A program made the position numbers and the translations under genes. Positions 49,038-57,773 of a stretch of DNA of 64,000 nt are shown here, piece after piece; within the stretch, counting starts at the first letter, position 1, and each line of letters opens with the position of its first letter. This stretch comes from Cyanophyceae cyanobacterium (lineage in GTDB: Bacteria; Cyanobacteriota; Cyanobacteriia; Cyanobacteriales; JBHJGN01), in the NCBI GenBank assembly GCA_050331735.1, contig JBHJGN010000031.1:111747-175746 (forward strand). Reading direction: 5' to 3'. The notes under the pieces were generated by a model, which worked only from the letters and a program-made list of their open reading frames with translations, was not told where the DNA came from and searched no databases.

Positions 49038-49270
49038 TGTCCGGTGCGGGACGGGGAAATAGTTCCTGTCGGAACGGGGAAAGGGTAAGGGGGAAAGGGA
49101 AATTTGTCCCGGAGGGACAAATGGAGAACAGAGAACTAAGGAATCGGCTTTAGAACTCCTCCCCGTTCCCTGCACCTGTGGCGCTTCCCCTTTCCCCCTT
49201 TACCCGCGCGTGGCGCTTCCCCTTTCCCCCTTACCATTCCTCCTTTACCCGCGCCTGTGGCGCTTCTTCC
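49038..49270. repeat. Largest mosaic repeat: purine arm with three mini-hairpins, pyrimidine arm with tandem GTGGCGCTTC units
   Basis: GTCCGGTGCGGGAC, GTTCCTGTCGGAAC, TTGTCCC-GGA-GGGACAA; GTGGCGCTTC three times. Confidence 0.78.
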
Positions 49271-49272
49271 TT

Positions 49273-50769
49273 ATGACCCCTCCTACTGTAGAACTACGCG
49301 GCATAACTAAACGCTTTGGCGACCTTATAGCAAATGACGGGATAGATTTTACCCTAGCTCAGGGGGAAATTCATGCTCTGTTGGGGGAGAATGGGGCGGG
49401 GAAAACAACCTTAATGAATATTCTCTGCGGACTGTACGAGCCGGATGCGGGGGAGATTTGGTTGAATGGGAAGGGGGTCAAGTTTCCGTCGCCACGAGAG
49501 GCGATCGCCTCGGGCATTAGCATGGTGCATCAGCACTTTATGCTGGTGGATAGCTTTACGGTGGCGGATAATATTGTGTTAGGTCAGTCTCAGCAACTGT
49601 GGCGAGAGGACGTTCAGCAACTCCACCAACGGCTCACTCAGCTCGCCCAACAGCACGGTTTACAGATCGATCCGGCGACTCCGGTTTGGCAGCTATCGGT
49701 AGGACAGCAGCAGCGGGTAGAGATTCTCAAAGCGATCTATCGCCGAACAAACGTGCTGATTCTCGACGAACCGACGGCGGTGTTAACGCCTCAAGAAGTA
49801 GACGATCTGCTTCAGACTCTCAAAAGTTTGGCGGCACAAGGAACGAGCATGATTTTTATTACCCACAAAATCCGAGAGGTGCTGGCTGTGTGCGATCGCG
49901 TCACCGTGCTGCGGGATGGCCAGAAAATTGATACCCTCCCCACCTCAGCAACGAACGAACGCAAACTAGCGCAGATGATGGTTGGACGGGAAGTGAGGTC
50001 GTGGCACAACGGGACAGCGAAAGAGGAATTGCAGACAGCGAACACGCCGCTGCTAACGATTGAGAACCTATGGGTGGATAACGAGCGCGGGTTGCCTGCG
50101 CTGCGCGGAGTCAATTTAACCGCCTGTAGCGGGGAGATTGTCGGCATTGCTGGAGTCGATGGCAACGGACAGCGAGAATTAGAGGAGGCGATCGCTGGGC
50201 TGCGTCCGAGTACACAAGGTCAGCTTGAAATAGCGGGAAAACTGGCTCACATCCCTTCCGACCGCTATACAATGGGACTGATTCAAGACTTCGCGGTTGC
50301 CGACAACATGGTGCTGCGAGACATTAACCGTCCGCCGTTTACCACAAAAGGCCTTCTTCAGCCCCCGAAGATTCTCCGCCACGCGCTCGCGCTCATTCAG
50401 CAATTTCTCATTCGCACTCCCTCAGCCAAAACTGCCGCCGGCAAACTTTCTGGCGGTAATGCTCAGCGGGTGGTGCTGGCGCGGGAACTGTCTCGGGAGC
50501 CGCAATTGATTCTCGCGGCTCAGCCAACGCGAGGACTCGATATCGGGGCGGTTGCAGACGTGCATCGCCAACTGAGAGAGCGGCGGGATGCCGGGGCTGC
50601 TATTCTAGTGATTTCTACAGAACTCGATGAAATTATGAGCTTGAGCGATCGCGTTGCGGTTCTCTACGAAGGTAAAATCGTCGGCATTGTCAACGCTACC
50701 GCCGCCGATGTCCGTCAGTTGGGATTAATGATGGGAGGAGGCGATGCCGCTACCGCCACCAGAAACTGA
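49273..50769 (+). CDS. ABC transporter ATP-binding protein (two NBDs, nucleoside/CUT2 type)
   Basis: GENGAGKTT, MVHQHFML, ILDEPTAVLTPQE, LSGGNAQ, QPTRGLD. Confidence 0.94.
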   Translation: MTPPTVELRGITKRFGDLIANDGIDFTLAQGEIHALLGENGAGKTTLMNILCGLYEPDAGEIWLNGKGVKFPSPREAIASGISMVHQHFMLVDSFTVADNIVLGQSQQLWREDVQQLHQRLTQLAQQHGLQIDPATPVWQLSVGQQQRVEILKAIYRRTNVLILDEPTAVLTPQEVDDLLQTLKSLAAQGTSMIFITHKIREVLAVCDRVTVLRDGQKIDTLPTSATNERKLAQMMVGREVRSWHNGTAKEELQTANTPLLTIENLWVDNERGLPALRGVNLTACSGEIVGIAGVDGNGQRELEEAIAGLRPSTQGQLEIAGKLAHIPSDRYTMGLIQDFAVADNMVLRDINRPPFTTKGLLQPPKILRHALALIQQFLIRTPSAKTAAGKLSGGNAQRVVLARELSREPQLILAAQPTRGLDIGAVADVHRQLRERRDAGAAILVISTELDEIMSLSDRVAVLYEGKIVGIVNATAADVRQLGLMMGGGDAATATRN

Positions 50770-51841
50770 CGTTAATCCGCCTCCAGCAACAGTTCTGTCG
50801 GGCGGAAACCGCCTGTGGGATGGAATTAAGAAAGGAGTTGTCGCGGCGATCGCTCCTCTGATTGGAGCTATTTTAGCGCTCGGGATCGGCGGAATTTTAA
50901 TTGGTTTGGGTGGCGTCAACCCTTTGGTTGCCTACCAGGAGATGATGGCTGGAGCCTTTGGCGGCACTCGCCAGCTTACTGAAACCGTTCTCAAAGCGAC
51001 CCCTCTCCTGATCATTGCCCTCGGATTAACCATTGCCTTTCGCAGCAAAGTTTGGAACATTGGCGCAGAAGGACAGTATTACATGGGTGCGTTAGCCGGC
51101 AGCGTGGTGGCGCTGACCTTGCCTGAGTGGTCCCCCTGGATGTTGATTCCCCTGATGCTCGTAGCTGGAGCCGGGGGCGGAGCCTTGTGGAGCGCGGTTG
51201 CTGGAGTCCTCTATCTGACGCGAGGAACAAATATCATTATTTGTACCCTGATGCTAAACTACATTGCTATTTTGCTCGTTACCTATGCCACTCGCGTACC
51301 GCTCCGCGATCCCGATGGTTTCCTTCCCGAAAGCGCTCAGTTTAGTGCCGCTGCCCAAATTCCGACTCTGTTTGGACGAATACATATCGGCGTTTTCCTG
51401 GCGCTGCTGCTGGCTGGGGTCGTGTCCGTTTTGCTGTGGCGAACGCCGCTAGGGTTTAAGCTCCGGGCAGTCGGATACAGTGCCAGCGTTGCCCGCGCCA
51501 CGGGCATTCGCGTTGCTCAACATCTCCTGATTGCCATCATGCTCAGCGGAGCGTTTGCTGGGGTTGCAGGCATTATTGAGACGAGCTATATCTACACGCG
51601 CCTCAAAGCCGGAATCTCTCCTGGCTACGGTTTCAGCGCTATCCTGGTGGCGCTGATGGGTCAACTCCATCCCGTGGGGGTGTTAATTGCGGCGGTGCTG
51701 TTTTCCGCCTTAACGATTGGCGCAGAAAGTCTTCAAGTATCGCTTCAGGTTCCCGCTGCCGTTGCCCAGGTAATTCAGGCACTAGTGGTGTTGTTTGCCA
51801 TTTCCAGCGATGCTCTCGCTAGGAGGAATGTAGATAATTGA
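50744..51841 (+). CDS. ABC transporter permease (nucleoside type, first subunit)
   Basis: ATPLLIIALG, WNIGAEGQ, TLMLNYIA, GYGFSAILVAL..HP.GV. Confidence 0.92.
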   Translation: MPLPPPETDVNPPPATVLSGGNRLWDGIKKGVVAAIAPLIGAILALGIGGILIGLGGVNPLVAYQEMMAGAFGGTRQLTETVLKATPLLIIALGLTIAFRSKVWNIGAEGQYYMGALAGSVVALTLPEWSPWMLIPLMLVAGAGGGALWSAVAGVLYLTRGTNIIICTLMLNYIAILLVTYATRVPLRDPDGFLPESAQFSAAAQIPTLFGRIHIGVFLALLLAGVVSVLLWRTPLGFKLRAVGYSASVARATGIRVAQHLLIAIMLSGAFAGVAGIIETSYIYTRLKAGISPGYGFSAILVALMGQLHPVGVLIAAVLFSALTIGAESLQVSLQVPAAVAQVIQALVVLFAISSDALARRNVDN

Positions 51842-51920
51842 TCTTGTAGAATCAATACTGCAAGGGTTAAAGGAGTCTAAGAGAGATGTCAATTGTACAG
51901 GTTGCTTCTTAAAGGGAAGC

Positions 51921-52036
51921 GACGAAGAGCAAAAGGCGTCGGTTAACTGGCGCTTCTCGGTGATTGATGCTAGAGACAAATTAGACCGACTCTACCCAGA
52001 ACCTAGCCTGTCATAATCCAGTTGGTCATCTACTAG
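51921..52036 (+). mobile_element. Right-end remnant of an IS630-family element
   Basis: Translates DEEQKASVNWRFSVIDARDKLDRLYPEPSLS* (stop at 52016), resembling the W.F...AR.KL.RLYP transposase C-terminus; ends CTACTAG. Confidence 0.68.
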
Positions 52037-52174
52037 TTTTTACTGTGGTGGTAATTTTACTATTTCTTAGTACGATCGTGGCTGGAAAGATAGCAAAAGC
52101 ATGTAGTTAACCTTTTTCTTTTCCCACCATCCGTTAGAGCTACCACCGCAATCAAGTCAGCTTCAATAAATGAA

Positions 52175-52195
52175 GGGTACGAAAGTTCCGTACCC
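52175..52195 (-). terminator. Hairpin downstream of the thrC-like / sulfur carrier pair
   Basis: GGGTACG-AAAGTTC-CGTACCC. Confidence 0.5.
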
Positions 52196-52243
52196 CTTGC
52201 AGCAACATAAAGCTCTGTCTTCAAGCATCAAATTTGCGTCTGC

Positions 52244-52519
52244 TTATCCTCCCGCAACAGCCGGAACGATACTCACTTCATCTCCATCATTCAGAGGAGT
52301 TTCTGCTCCTTGCAGGAAGCGAATATCTTCGCTGTTGACGTAGAAGTTGAGAAAGCGACGCGGCTTGCCTTCTTCGTCACAGAGACGGGACTTAATGCCG
52401 GGACAGCTACTTTCTAAAGCATCAAATAACTCATTAACGTTGCTGCCGGAACATTCAACCGTTGCTTGGTTATCGGTGTATTTTTGGAGAACGGTGGGAA
52501 CTAAAACTTTAACAGCCAT
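52244..52519 (-). CDS. MoaD/ThiS/CysO family sulfur carrier protein
   Basis: Beta-grasp pattern, [11 protein letters not shown]-terminal IVPAVAGG. Confidence 0.93.
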   Translation of the reverse strand: MAVKVLVPTVLQKYTDNQATVECSGSNVNELFDALESSCPGIKSRLCDEEGKPRRFLNFYVNSEDIRFLQGAETPLNDGDEVSIVPAVAGG

Positions 52520-52610
52520 AGTCAACTTATAAATCAGATTATTTCACAAATTAGCTCACGCGTCGTTAGCTAGTAGGAAAGCGAAAAGCTAAGAGCTAAT
52601 AGCTCTTGAC

Positions 52611-53912
52611 TTAAACTAAAACTTGTTGCCATTCGAGGCGTTCTAGAGTGCGAGAGCGTTCTAGGGCTCTTTCAAAGCTATCCAGTTTTGCCTCAATTGT
52701 CAGCGGTTCGCCGACATAACCCTGAACGGCTTCTTGGGTTTTCAATCCGTTCCCGGTAATGTAAGCAACTGTGGTTTCTTCAGGGTCTATTTTGCCAGCT
52801 TCAACGAGCTTCTTTAGTACCGCAATGGTGGTTCCGCCAGCGGTTTCAGTAAAAATGCCTTCTGTTTCAGCAAGCAGCTTCATGCCTTCAATAATCTCGG
52901 CATCGGTAACGGCTTCAATGTTGCCTCCTGTTTTCTTAGCAACGTCTAAAGCATAAATTCCGTCTGCGGGATTACCAATCGCAATGGATTTAGCAATAGT
53001 GTTGGGCTTTACGGGAGTAACAAAATCTCGTCCTTCTTTGAAGGCTTGGGCAATAGGAGAACATCCTTCTGCCTGTGCACCGCTGAAGCGAACGTTCTTG
53101 TCGGCGACTAAACCGACTTCCACAAACTCTCGGAACCCTTTGTAGATTTTAGTGTATAGAGAACCAGAGGCTAGAGGCGCAACGACGTGATCGGGAAGCT
53201 GCCATCCTAGCTGTTCGGCTACTTCAAAGCCAAGAGTTTTAGAGCCTTCTGAATAGTAGGGACGCAGGTTAATGTTGACAAATCCCCAGCCGTAGGTGTT
53301 AGCAACTTCAGAACAGAGGCGGTTGACCTGGTCGTAATTACCCTTAACCGCCATCAGAGTTGGGTTGTAAATCAGCGTTCCCAAGATTTTGCCAGCTTCG
53401 AGGTCGGCGGGAATAAACACGCAGCAGTCTAATCCAGCATGAGCAGCGATCGCCGCAGTAGAATTAGCGAGGTTGCCTGTACTCGCACAGGAAACAGTAG
53501 AAAAACCCAATTCGCGGGCTCGCGTTAGCGCGACCGATACCACCCGATCTTTGAAACTCAGGGTCGGCATGTTGACGGCATCGTTTTTAATATAGAGATT
53601 TTTGAGACCAAGGCGACGAGCTAAGCGATGAGACTTGACTAAAGGTGTCATTCCTGTGCCAACATCAATGGGATTCTCGCTCTCAACTGGCAAGAAAGCT
53701 CGATAGCGCCAAATTGAGTGAGGTCCGGCTTGAATCGTTTCACGACTAACCTGACGACGAATCGCATCGTAGTCGTAAGCGACTTCTAAAGGGGCAAACG
53801 TCTCTTCACAGATATGAATGGCCTTCAGCTCATACTCTATGCCTCCTTCTTTAGAGACTAGTTTGGTAAAAGTCGGAGCCGTTGATTTGTTGCTTACCTG
53901 TACCTGGGTCAT
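52611..53912 (-). CDS. thrC: Threonine synthase family PLP enzyme (long form)
   Basis: PTLSFKDR, CASTGNLA, NLRPYYSEGSKT, SIAIGNP, EGIFTETAGG, TGNGLK. Confidence 0.82.
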   Translation of the reverse strand: MTQVQVSNKSTAPTFTKLVSKEGGIEYELKAIHICEETFAPLEVAYDYDAIRRQVSRETIQAGPHSIWRYRAFLPVESENPIDVGTGMTPLVKSHRLARRLGLKNLYIKNDAVNMPTLSFKDRVVSVALTRARELGFSTVSCASTGNLANSTAAIAAHAGLDCCVFIPADLEAGKILGTLIYNPTLMAVKGNYDQVNRLCSEVANTYGWGFVNINLRPYYSEGSKTLGFEVAEQLGWQLPDHVVAPLASGSLYTKIYKGFREFVEVGLVADKNVRFSGAQAEGCSPIAQAFKEGRDFVTPVKPNTIAKSIAIGNPADGIYALDVAKKTGGNIEAVTDAEIIEGMKLLAETEGIFTETAGGTTIAVLKKLVEAGKIDPEETTVAYITGNGLKTQEAVQGYVGEPLTIEAKLDSFERALERSRTLERLEWQQVLV

Positions 53913-53948
53913 GGGGTTTTCTACTTATATCCGTCAACTGCTGGGCTG

Positions 53949-54004
53949 ATAGTAGCATAGGCAAAAACCGCCGTCAAACATACCCGACTTTTTTTGTCGG
54001 ATAT
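53949..54004 (-). promoter_or_regulatory. Sigma70-type promoter with adjacent Rrf2/IscR-like palindrome
   Basis: Minus strand TTGACG-N17-TACTAT with extended TG; ATACCCGAC-T7-GTCGGATAT at 53980-54004. Confidence 0.68.
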
Positions 54005-54183
54005 AAAAACTCCCAGAATTTTCTGACATTTGGCTGGCTAACAGCAGGAAAATTCCGAGGAAATACGGCCCATCGCTAAAATTTCGCCGTGAAATATCAG
54101 CAGATTTGCGATTTACGGACCCCTATCGTAATAGCTATTGTGAGTTTAGAACTTATCAAGATGGCTATTGCGATATAAACAAT

Positions 54184-54582
54184 ATGATTGCAATTAATCT
54201 GCTTAACCCTCTCACTTCTGCGCCCTTGCAAAGCTGGTACTTTAGCTCTGAACCAGTGGTTCGCATTGGACGTTCCAAGGATAATGAAGTGACTGTGCAT
54301 AGCGCCATCGTCTCTCGCCGTCATGCCGAACTCAGACGGAAAAACTTTATCTGGGAGCTTGTGAATATCAGCAATAATGGAACTTATATTGATAACAAGC
54401 TAATCGAAAGTACGCTGATCAGAGAAAACGTCATCATCCGTTTATCTCCTACCGGTCCAAAACTTCAGATTCAGTTCAACGCCGATCGAGCAAAAGCCTG
54501 TTTGAGAACGAAACAAAAACAACGAACTGCTAAGCAAGTTGCAGAAAAAGCGAAAGAAACGATTGTTGCGTACAAGCCGTAG
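54184..54582 (+). CDS. FHA domain protein
   Basis: VRIGRSKDN, VSRRHAEL, SNNGTYID. Confidence 0.88.
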   Translation: MIAINLLNPLTSAPLQSWYFSSEPVVRIGRSKDNEVTVHSAIVSRRHAELRRKNFIWELVNISNNGTYIDNKLIESTLIRENVIIRLSPTGPKLQIQFNADRAKACLRTKQKQRTAKQVAEKAKETIVAYKP

Positions 54583-54774
54583 CGGCACGATCTTCAGCCT
54601 TTGCTACTTGGCTGTCGAGCAAGACACGCTTTAGTCCTGAATTTAATGAATGATGACAAACACTCAGTCTAGAGAGGTGCTGACCTTTTGTCACTAAACC
54701 TTGAGGCAAGGAAAAAGTTAACATCAAGAACGAATATCTTACTATAGATTTCAGAGTAACTTGTTTCTTGCTAC

Positions 54775-55755
54775 ATGAGCGATCGCCAAGCCGTTGTTCA
54801 ATCTCTTAATCAGCTAGGGAGTCAAAAAATCCCCTTCTTGTTTATCTTAGATTTCGAGCTAAAATCACCAATAATCTATCCGCTAAAAGAGCTAAATGCC
54901 AGAAGCGACATTCTTTATCAAGTGCTCGATGCTCGAAATTTTTCTTTAACTGATGTATTAGCTTATCACTCCCTCAGTCTCAAGAAAAATCCCCTATCTT
55001 TCACCCAATACAAACGTGCCTTCGATCAGGTTCAAGAGGCAATCAAGCGGGGAAATAGTTTTCTGGTTAACTTAACGTTTCCAACAGAAATTACCATAAA
55101 CGCAACCCTAAAGGAACTCTTTTACCGGAGTCAGGCAAAGTATAAACTGTGGGTTGAAGATCGGTTTGTCGTTTTTTCTCCAGAAACCTTTGTCGAGATA
55201 AAGGCGGGAACTATATATACTTATCCAATGAAAGGAACGATTGATGCCGCCGTTGACAATGCAGAGGCCGTTATCTTAGCAGATGAAAAAGAAATGGCCG
55301 AGCATGTTACCATCGTAGACTTACTTAGAAATGATTTAAGTATTTATGCAAAGAAGGTCAAAGTAGATAAATTTCGCTATTTGGAATCGATAGAAACTAA
55401 TTCGGGAAAGCTATTGCAGGTCAGTTCGCAAATCAGTGGAAAACTTCCTCCTGATTATCACTGCAAGTTAGGAAACATTCTCGTCAGCTTACTCCCGGCA
55501 GGCTCCATTAGCGGTGCGCCTAAAGCCAAAACGCTAGAAATTATTCGAGCGGCAGAAGGGTATCAGCGAGGATACTATTCTGGGGTATTTGGCATCTTTG
55601 ATGGAACAGATCTGAGAAGTGCAGTAATGATTAGGTTTATTGAAAAAATCGGCAACAAATATTATTTTAAAAGCGGCGGTGGCATCACCATCTTTAGCGA
55701 AGTGGAAAAAGAGTATCAGGAACTGCTCCAAAAAGTGTATGTGCCAATTGTTTGA
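54775..55755 (+). CDS. pabB: Aminodeoxychorismate synthase component I (short form)
   Basis: FSPETF, TYPMKGT, KEMAEHVTIVDLLRNDL, PAGSISGAPK, RGYYSG, SGGGIT. Confidence 0.88.
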   Translation: MSDRQAVVQSLNQLGSQKIPFLFILDFELKSPIIYPLKELNARSDILYQVLDARNFSLTDVLAYHSLSLKKNPLSFTQYKRAFDQVQEAIKRGNSFLVNLTFPTEITINATLKELFYRSQAKYKLWVEDRFVVFSPETFVEIKAGTIYTYPMKGTIDAAVDNAEAVILADEKEMAEHVTIVDLLRNDLSIYAKKVKVDKFRYLESIETNSGKLLQVSSQISGKLPPDYHCKLGNILVSLLPAGSISGAPKAKTLEIIRAAEGYQRGYYSGVFGIFDGTDLRSAVMIRFIEKIGNKYYFKSGGGITIFSEVEKEYQELLQKVYVPIV

Positions 55756-56335
55756 AAGCATTAAAGTATACCGTCACGAAATTTACAACCTGCCCTATCA
55801 TGAAGATCGCGTTAACCGCTCCAGGGCTGAACTATGGAAGATCGAGGAACCAGTAAATTGGCAGCAGCAGCTTACAATTCCTGCTCATCTGGGAGAAGGA
55901 CTGTACAAATGCCGCGTTACTTACGGTCCCGAAATTCAGCGAGTAGAGTTTCTCTCCTATCGAGCCACTCCTATCCGGTCGCTGAAGATTGTCTGTGACG
56001 ATATGATCGCATATACTCACAAATATCAGGACCGACAGGCTTTGCTGAGTCTACGAGAACAGCGGGGAAACTGTGACGATATTCTGATTGTTAAGAATCA
56101 CTGGGTTACAGATACTTCTTACTGTAACGTTGCTTGTTGGAGTGGAGAAAAATGGTACACTCCTGCCAAGCCTCTATTAGCAGGAACCCAAAGAGCATCG
56201 TTAATTGCTCAAGAAATTGTTCACGAAGAAGATATTCGTATTCAAGACCTCAATAAATTTAAGAAGCTTAAATTGATCAATGCTCTATTAGATTTTGAAT
56301 CAGCACCTGTTATTCCTATTTCGTGCATTTTGTAG
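55739..56335 (+). CDS. Aminotransferase class IV family, probable 4-amino-4-deoxychorismate lyase
   Basis: LFESIK, YHEDR, HKYQDR, VTDTSYCNV, PLLAGTQRA; overlaps the pabB end. Confidence 0.8.
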   Translation: MCQLFESIKVYRHEIYNLPYHEDRVNRSRAELWKIEEPVNWQQQLTIPAHLGEGLYKCRVTYGPEIQRVEFLSYRATPIRSLKIVCDDMIAYTHKYQDRQALLSLREQRGNCDDILIVKNHWVTDTSYCNVACWSGEKWYTPAKPLLAGTQRASLIAQEIVHEEDIRIQDLNKFKKLKLINALLDFESAPVIPISCIL

Positions 56336-56400
56336 CCTGAAAACTAGTCCTAGTTTCGCTTGGCTATTAATAACAGCAATAACGCTGCCAAAAAAATCAG

Positions 56401-57063
56401 TTAACTTTCTCGGGCCAATTTATACCAAATATCTTCTATTGCCAACAAAGATTCCAAAATTACATCTGCAATAATCAGTTTTTGATTGTAGTTTGTAAAA
56501 TCTTCAGGAATAGCAATACATTTCATTCGTGCTGCCTTGGCTGCCAAGACCCCGTTCAAGGAATCTTCTATGACCAAACACTCTTCTGGCAAAACCTGAA
56601 GCTTTTTAGCTGTAGTAATATAAACGCTTGGATGAGGTTTCCCATACTCTTCTTCAGTGGCAGAGTAAATTTCTTGAAAGCGATCGCGAATGCTCAGCTT
56701 ACCCAAAGTAACTTCAATAAGACTATAGGCAGAGGAGGACGCCAAAGCCAATTTGACTTCTTTCTGCGCGAAAAAGCTGATTGCTTCCTTCACTCCCGGC
56801 AACGGTTTTCCCGTAAGCCGAATTAGCTCAATCACCCGGTTCACAACTCGAGCTGCTACTTCCTCTCGAGTCATATTTTGCCAAGGGAAACGTTGATACC
56901 AATAGTCAACAACCTGATCGATTCTCAATCCCGTTGTTCTTTGACAAAGCTCATCGTTAAGAATAACGTTTACCAACTTAAAAACTTCAATCTCTGCTTC
57001 TCGCCATAGGGGTTCAGAGTCGATCAGTAAACCATCCATATCAAAAATTACTGCTTTGATCAT
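56401..57063 (-). CDS. HAD-family sugar-phosphate phosphatase (YniC/HxpB-like)
   Basis: IFDMDGLLIDSEPLW, LASSS, GKPHP, EDSLNG. Confidence 0.9.
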   Translation of the reverse strand: MIKAVIFDMDGLLIDSEPLWREAEIEVFKLVNVILNDELCQRTTGLRIDQVVDYWYQRFPWQNMTREEVAARVVNRVIELIRLTGKPLPGVKEAISFFAQKEVKLALASSSAYSLIEVTLGKLSIRDRFQEIYSATEEEYGKPHPSVYITTAKKLQVLPEECLVIEDSLNGVLAAKAARMKCIAIPEDFTNYNQKLIIADVILESLLAIEDIWYKLARES

Positions 57064-57773
57064 GCTGAGTGCAGGAAATAGCGGCAAGTGGGGACAGTTT
57101 GCATTAATAGCATATAAATCAGGAGCAACCAAACTTTGCGACTAGACAGCGCCGTAACACAAACAACGCTCTTCAACAGGGACTAAAAATTCTGACGAAC
57201 AACTAGCAGCACCGTCATCAACAGCGATCGCCCTCCCTTGACTTTTGTCGGGCCAGGAGGGATAGTCGCCCCGCCGCTTTGCCATGAGTCATGTCGTGTT
57301 CAGGCGCCAAAACTTATTTTCGGCGAGCGCTCCTCGATAAGAAGGCCAACACAAATGACGCGCTCATCCCCATCCTGGGTCCGGTGGGGATAAGCTGACG
57401 GACTCCCTGTCTACGGTGACACTCTAAGTCCCCTTTTTGGCGGTGCTGGTGTATGGGCTCTTTGGCTTTTTTCCTGTTGGAGAAACTTTGTGACCAATTT
57501 CTGACTTTTGATGTGTCAATTTTTTTCATTTGGGAACTGTAGACAGCCAATTTTTTTCTTATATTGTTGAAAACTTTTAGGAAACTATCTTCTCAGTGAT
57601 GTAAATCCTCCTCTTCCTTCCTAAGCCAGCTTACCGTTTCTCCAGACAACTTGAAGGCAATGACAACCTCCCTTGAAAAAATCACCAGCTGTGTTCTTTT
57701 TTGTCTTCAATCTGGGAAATCTAGGAGAGAGGAGTGATTCAAATCCTACTAGAGTCGTTACCCAACCATTACT

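Noticed and set aside
49210..49272. Pro-rich N-terminal extension of the ABC ATPase (and likewise 5243-5335 for Uma2)
   Set aside because: Translation of repeat DNA; a better ATG lies downstream
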